Shown here in pieces: positions 46,434-50,657 of a DNA stretch of 50,657 nt. Source of the stretch: Candidatus Eiseniibacteriota bacterium (GTDB taxonomy: Bacteria; Eisenbacteria; RBG-16-71-46); NCBI GenBank assembly GCA_023249845.1, contig JAHFBW010000002.1, positions 1-50,657 on the forward strand, written 5' to 3'. Each line of letters starts with the position of its first letter. The stretch's first letter is position 1. The translations under genes and the position numbers were made by a program. The notes beneath the pieces were generated by a model. That model saw only the letters and a list, made by a program, of their open reading frames with translations, was not told where the DNA came from and ran no database searches.

Positions 46434-47399
46434 TCAGCCGCGCGGCTTCGCCTCCACGTGGAAGCGCGCGAGCGCCGCGGTGACGTTGTCGTGCGCCCCG
46501 CGCTCGAGTGCGAGCGCGAGCATCGCGTCGCACACGTCCTGGCTTGCGGCGTCGCGGCCGAGGAACCCGGCGATCTCGTCGTCGCGAATCTCGTTCGTGA
46601 GCCCGTCCGTGCAGAGCAGCACGCGATCGCCGTCCGCCACGCGGAGCGCGTGCAGGCTGGCCTGCAACTCGTCCTGCGGCCCTCCCACCGCCTGCGTGAG
46701 CACGTGGCGGTAGCGCCGCGCCGCGGGATCATCCTCCTGCAGCATGCCGAGGTCTACATAGTGCTGCGCGAGCGTCTGGTCGCGGGTGATGCGCTGGAGC
46801 TCGCCGTCGCTCCACAGGTAGGCACGCGAGTCACCGACGTGGATGAGGAAGAGATCGCAGCCGACCGTGAACGCGGCCGTGAATGTCGTCCCCATGCCCG
46901 CGAGCTCCGGCTCGGCCTCCGCCCGCTGCTTCACCGCCGCGTGGATGCCCGCGAGATAACCGCGTCCGCGCTCCCACATCTGCTCGATCTCGCGCTCGCG
47001 CGTGGCTGGATCGTCGAGACGCAGCGCCCAGCGCGGCGCCGCGAGGATCTGCTGGATCGCCGACGTGAGCGCGGTGGAGCTCGCCACCTCACCGCCAGCC
47101 TCGCCGCCCATCCCGTCGGCCACCATGAGGATGTGGCCCGCCTCCTCGCTGCGCGCCGCGAGCGCCTGCTCGGGAAGGTTCGAGAGAAGCCGATCGAGGG
47201 TGCGCCCCAGGCGGCAGACCATGTACCCGTCCTGGTTCGAGGGCCGCACGCGGCCGCGGTCGCTCATCGCGCCCAGGTCGAGGCGGACCCTCGCAGGGAT
47301 CGGCGACGCGGGCCCGACACCGGGCGGCGAGCGGAAGCCCGAGGCTCCGGCCTGCGTGGGGGCGTCGGCCGACGGGTTCTGCGTGTGAGAGCGAGTCAT
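46434..47399 (-). CDS. PP2C-family Ser/Thr phosphatase
   Basis: Motifs GRVR..NQD, VADGMGG, MGTT, HVGDSRAY, LLCTDGL and DNVT, with a GGAGG RBS. Confidence 0.92.
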   Translation of the reverse strand: MTRSHTQNPSADAPTQAGASGFRSPPGVGPASPIPARVRLDLGAMSDRGRVRPSNQDGYMVCRLGRTLDRLLSNLPEQALAARSEEAGHILMVADGMGGEAGGEVASSTALTSAIQQILAAPRWALRLDDPATREREIEQMWERGRGYLAGIHAAVKQRAEAEPELAGMGTTFTAAFTVGCDLFLIHVGDSRAYLWSDGELQRITRDQTLAQHYVDLGMLQEDDPAARRYRHVLTQAVGGPQDELQASLHALRVADGDRVLLCTDGLTNEIRDDEIAGFLGRDAASQDVCDAMLALALERGAHDNVTAALARFHVEAKPRG

Positions 47400-47701
47400 G
47401 GCACCGGCACCTCCGGCGAGCTGCGACCAGCGCCCCGCTCACGCTAGCTCGGCCGCGTCCCGAACGCGACAGGAAAAGGCCGCGAGCGTCCAGGATGGGA
47501 ACCGCGCGGGACTGCATGTTCGCCGCCGCTTCGGTGGCCTCCTCGCTGCGCGCCCGGGTCGCCGCGCCCGGCGCTGCGCCCCGACGATCCGGCCCGAGAG
47601 GCCTGCAACGGGATCGTGGACATGGCGTCCTGTGCGGGAGCAGAATCGACCCGTCCGGCGCGGCGCCGGACGACCGCGACCGGGTGCCGAGGAGGTTCTG
47701 C

Positions 47702-48604
47702 ATGGTTCGGATCCGGTTGCTGTTCGCTTGGGCCCTGGGGTTCGCCCTGGGCGCACTTCTTCTCGCTGTCGCGTCCCGGGACGCGAGCTTCGCCGGCCGC
47801 GAGTCCGCGCGCCTGCACGCACACTTCGCGCGCGTGCTCCACCAGCTCGAGGCACGTGACGTGTCGGGCTGGAGCGCGACGCTTCAGGCGAACCGCCGTC
47901 ACCTGATCGCGCTGCTCCAAGACTACGACCGGGCCGGGCGTTTCCCGCGCAACGAAGGCCAGCTCGCGCGGTTCACGCCGATCTTCGTGGATCGGCACGA
48001 GACGCGCTGTGCGATGGCGCACCTCATCGAGCGTTCGGGTGGTGGCGCGCTCGTCGCGAGGATCGCGGCGACGCGCAACCTCGCCACCGTCCGCGAGCTC
48101 GCGGGTGACGCCGAGCTCCAGCGCTGGCTCGCGACCTCCGGGCTCGATGTCGCGGAGGCGGCGCTCATCCAGCCGCAATACGATCCGCTGGTGCCTCCCG
48201 AGAAGCCGCGTGACGACGGGACGCCAGAGGACGGCGTCATGACGACCGGCGTGCTGCTGTCGTTGGGACTCGCGTTGCCGGCGATCTACATGAACCTGCA
48301 CACGCGCGGACCCCTGGCGGAGCAGCGCCAGGTGCGGACGTTCGGCGTTCTCGCCGCGACGCCGCCGCTCGCCCTGGGGCTCGCGGACATCTTCCACGAT
48401 GGCCACTTGCGTGACACCGGGCTCGCGCAGCTCGCGATCGGCGCCACGTCCATGACGCTTGCGTTGCTGCATCACATCAGCGCTTCGACGCCGCCCTCGG
48501 GCGCGGTCCCTGCGGAGCCCTCGACCCCGCGGGCGAGGACGGCGCCGATCTTCCGCGCCGGGACGGAAGGTGAGCCACAGTTCGGCGTGACGGTGGCGTT
48601 CTAG
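47702..48604 (+). CDS. Hypothetical exported/membrane protein
   Basis: GAGGAGG RBS, N-terminal signal or TM segment, a motif-like FPRN..PIFVD..TRCAMAHLI..IQP.Y domain, hydrophobic helices and a terminal FGVTVAF. Confidence 0.72.
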   Translation: MVRIRLLFAWALGFALGALLLAVASRDASFAGRESARLHAHFARVLHQLEARDVSGWSATLQANRRHLIALLQDYDRAGRFPRNEGQLARFTPIFVDRHETRCAMAHLIERSGGGALVARIAATRNLATVRELAGDAELQRWLATSGLDVAEAALIQPQYDPLVPPEKPRDDGTPEDGVMTTGVLLSLGLALPAIYMNLHTRGPLAEQRQVRTFGVLAATPPLALGLADIFHDGHLRDTGLAQLAIGATSMTLALLHHISASTPPSGAVPAEPSTPRARTAPIFRAGTEGEPQFGVTVAF

Positions 48605-48657
48605 CCAGTCTCCCTTCCGCGGTTGTGGCGGGCGCACGGATGCGCCACGCTCGCGGG

Positions 48658-50076
48658 ATGAAGCGCAGGCTCCTCTTCGCGGCCGTCGCCCTGACGTGCA
48701 TCGTGGGCTGTCGCAGCGTGCGCGCGGCGGAGCGTGATCCCGTCGGCCATTGGCAGGGCTCGCTCCAGGGCATGGTGCGGCTCGTGCTCCATGTCGAGCG
48801 CAGGGACGACGGCTCGCTCGCGGGCACGCTCGACAGTCCCGACCAGGGCGCGATGGGCCTGCGGCTCGACTCGCTCGCGTTCGCGGGCGACTCGCTCCGA
48901 TGTTCGCTTCACGCAGCCGGCGGAGGCTACGCGGCGCGCATGAACGCCACCGGCGACACGCTGCATGGCACCTGGAGCCAGCTCGGCCAGTCCATGCCCC
49001 TGGTCCTCGCCCGCACCAGCGCGCCCGCGGAGCCCGTGCGTACGCAGCGCATCGTGCCACCCTATCCCTACGACACGCTCGCGGTCGCGTTCGAGAACCC
49101 GCGCGCTCCCGGCGTGACGCTCGCCGGCACGCTCACCGTGCCGCGCGGCAAGGGGCCCTTCCCTGCCGCGATCCTCATCACCGGATCGGGCGGCCAAGAC
49201 CGCGACGAGACCGTGTTCGCGCATCGCCCGTTCCGCGTGCTGGCGGATCACCTGACGCGCAATGGCATCGCAGTGTTGCGGCTCGACGATCGCGGGGTCG
49301 GCGGATCGACGGGCAAGCAGGCCGGCGCCGCGAGCGGGGACTTCGCAGGCGATATCGTCGCCGGCGTGGACTGGCTCGCGAAGCGCCCCGACATCGCCGC
49401 CAAGCGCATCGGGCTCGTCGGCCACAGCGAGGGCGGGCTGATCGCGCCACTCGTCACAACACAGCGAAAAGCCATCGCGTTCGTCGTGCTGCTCGCCGGG
49501 CCCGGGCTTCGCGGCGACTCGCTCATGATCCTCCAGAACATGGCGGTCCGGCGACCGTACGTGAGCGGCGAGGATGCGCTCGCGCGCGAGATCGCCGAGG
49601 TGCGTGCAGCCTACGCAGCCGTGCGCTCCGGCGACAGCACGGCCGTCCTTGCCGCGGTGCGTCGACTCGTGGACGCGCAGCTCGGATCGATGGGCGGCGC
49701 CGCGGCGGGAGTCGATCGCGAGGGACTCGTGACCTCCGCGTTCCGCCAGATCTGGTCGCCGTGGTTTCGCTACTTCCTAGTCCACGACCCCGCGCCCGAT
49801 CTCCAGCGCATCCGTTGTCCCGTGCTCGCGATCAATGGCGACAAGGACATCCAGGTCGTGGCGAAGGAGAACCTCGCCGGCCTCGAGAAGGCGCTGCGCG
49901 CGGGCGGGAACAAGGACATCACGCTCCTCACCCTCCCCGGGCTCAACCACCTGTTCCAGACGTGCCGCACGTGCACGATGGGCGAGTACGGCCAGATCGA
50001 GGAGACGCTCGCGCCCGCCGCGCTGGAACTGATCTCGACCTGGATCCGGAAGCGAACGGGACTCGAGAAGCGGTGA
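48658..50076 (+). CDS. Secreted alpha/beta hydrolase (S9/S15-like)
   Basis: Nucleophile elbow GHSEGG, plus GSGGQDRDE, NGDKD.QV and LNHLFQ motifs. N-terminal W.G.L..LDSPDQG domain. Confidence 0.88.
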   Translation: MKRRLLFAAVALTCIVGCRSVRAAERDPVGHWQGSLQGMVRLVLHVERRDDGSLAGTLDSPDQGAMGLRLDSLAFAGDSLRCSLHAAGGGYAARMNATGDTLHGTWSQLGQSMPLVLARTSAPAEPVRTQRIVPPYPYDTLAVAFENPRAPGVTLAGTLTVPRGKGPFPAAILITGSGGQDRDETVFAHRPFRVLADHLTRNGIAVLRLDDRGVGGSTGKQAGAASGDFAGDIVAGVDWLAKRPDIAAKRIGLVGHSEGGLIAPLVTTQRKAIAFVVLLAGPGLRGDSLMILQNMAVRRPYVSGEDALAREIAEVRAAYAAVRSGDSTAVLAAVRRLVDAQLGSMGGAAAGVDREGLVTSAFRQIWSPWFRYFLVHDPAPDLQRIRCPVLAINGDKDIQVVAKENLAGLEKALRAGGNKDITLLTLPGLNHLFQTCRTCTMGEYGQIEETLAPAALELISTWIRKRTGLEKR

Positions 50077-50118
50077 GGCGAAGCGCCTCGACGGGCTCAC
50101 GGCTCGACGCGCGCGGTA

Positions 50119-50640
50119 CTACTCCCTCGCCTCCTCGTCCGTGCAGGTGGGCTCGAGATCCTGATCGAGATACCAGTACTCGTGCCAAGTGCGGCGATTA
50201 CCTCTCCACGTCGAGAGGTGGATCCCTTCATTGCTCGAACAGGTCCGGAATGACAAGGGGGTTGTCGCGCCCTTCGTGTTCATCACGAACTCCCCGTCGG
50301 CATAGACGGCTTGGGCGCTCGGGTCGAGAACCGCGATACCGAGCTCGTTCTCCTGGCCGATCGAGTGGCGCAGGGTCACTTCGTAGCCGATTCCGGGCTG
50401 CTCGATGTTCGGATTGCAGGATCCCTCGTTGCGTTCCTTCACGACGCCGTCGACGACCCGTGGTGGCGCGAACAGAACGATCAGCAGGCGCTCGCCGACG
50501 CGCACTTCCTGTCGGAAAGTGACGCAGGCCGATGTCTCGGGCCGGATGCGAGTCACGCCCATAAGCGGAGCGCTTCGAGCGGCGCCATGGAAGATGCAGA
50601 ACCCGACGACGGCGACCCATGCCAACCTTGCTCGACTCAT
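50119..50640 (-). CDS. Hypothetical secreted protein
   Basis: GGGAGGG RBS, signal-like N-terminus and a C-terminal CSSNEGIHL..WHEYWYL..LEPTC motif. Confidence 0.65.
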   Translation of the reverse strand: MSRARLAWVAVVGFCIFHGAARSAPLMGVTRIRPETSACVTFRQEVRVGERLLIVLFAPPRVVDGVVKERNEGSCNPNIEQPGIGYEVTLRHSIGQENELGIAVLDPSAQAVYADGEFVMNTKGATTPLSFRTCSSNEGIHLSTWRGNRRTWHEYWYLDQDLEPTCTDEEARE

Positions 50641-50657
50641 CCAGCGGCCCTCCCGAG

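Overview
This is a very GC-rich (~70%) bacterial chromosomal window. It carries about 40 mostly housekeeping and envelope genes, with no tRNA, rRNA, CRISPR array, phage or transposase. The gene style suggests a Gram-negative candidate-phylum organism such as Ca. Eisenbacteria (inference): secreted proteins ending in TWGxVKxxYR, Ser/Thr kinase-TPR proteins, a long GreA fusion and small outer-membrane barrels. Recognisable genes include bshB1-like, lon, rlmD, pepA, msrA, nadE, greA, pduO-type adenosyltransferase and rho. The most unusual observations are: (1) a Rho whose OB-fold RNA-binding domain is absent and replaced by a ~145-aa disordered Arg/Gly/Gln/Pro/Tyr-rich region; (2) a ~215-nt structured RNA candidate with a sigma54-type promoter and its own terminator upstream of nadE; (3) an N-terminally truncated Lon with degenerate Walker B and pore loop but an intact Ser-Lys dyad; (4) a shared C-terminal TWGxVKxxYR tail on unrelated secreted proteins; (5) several families of rod-folding MITE-like palindromic elements, one of which repeatedly sits on TAG stop codons.
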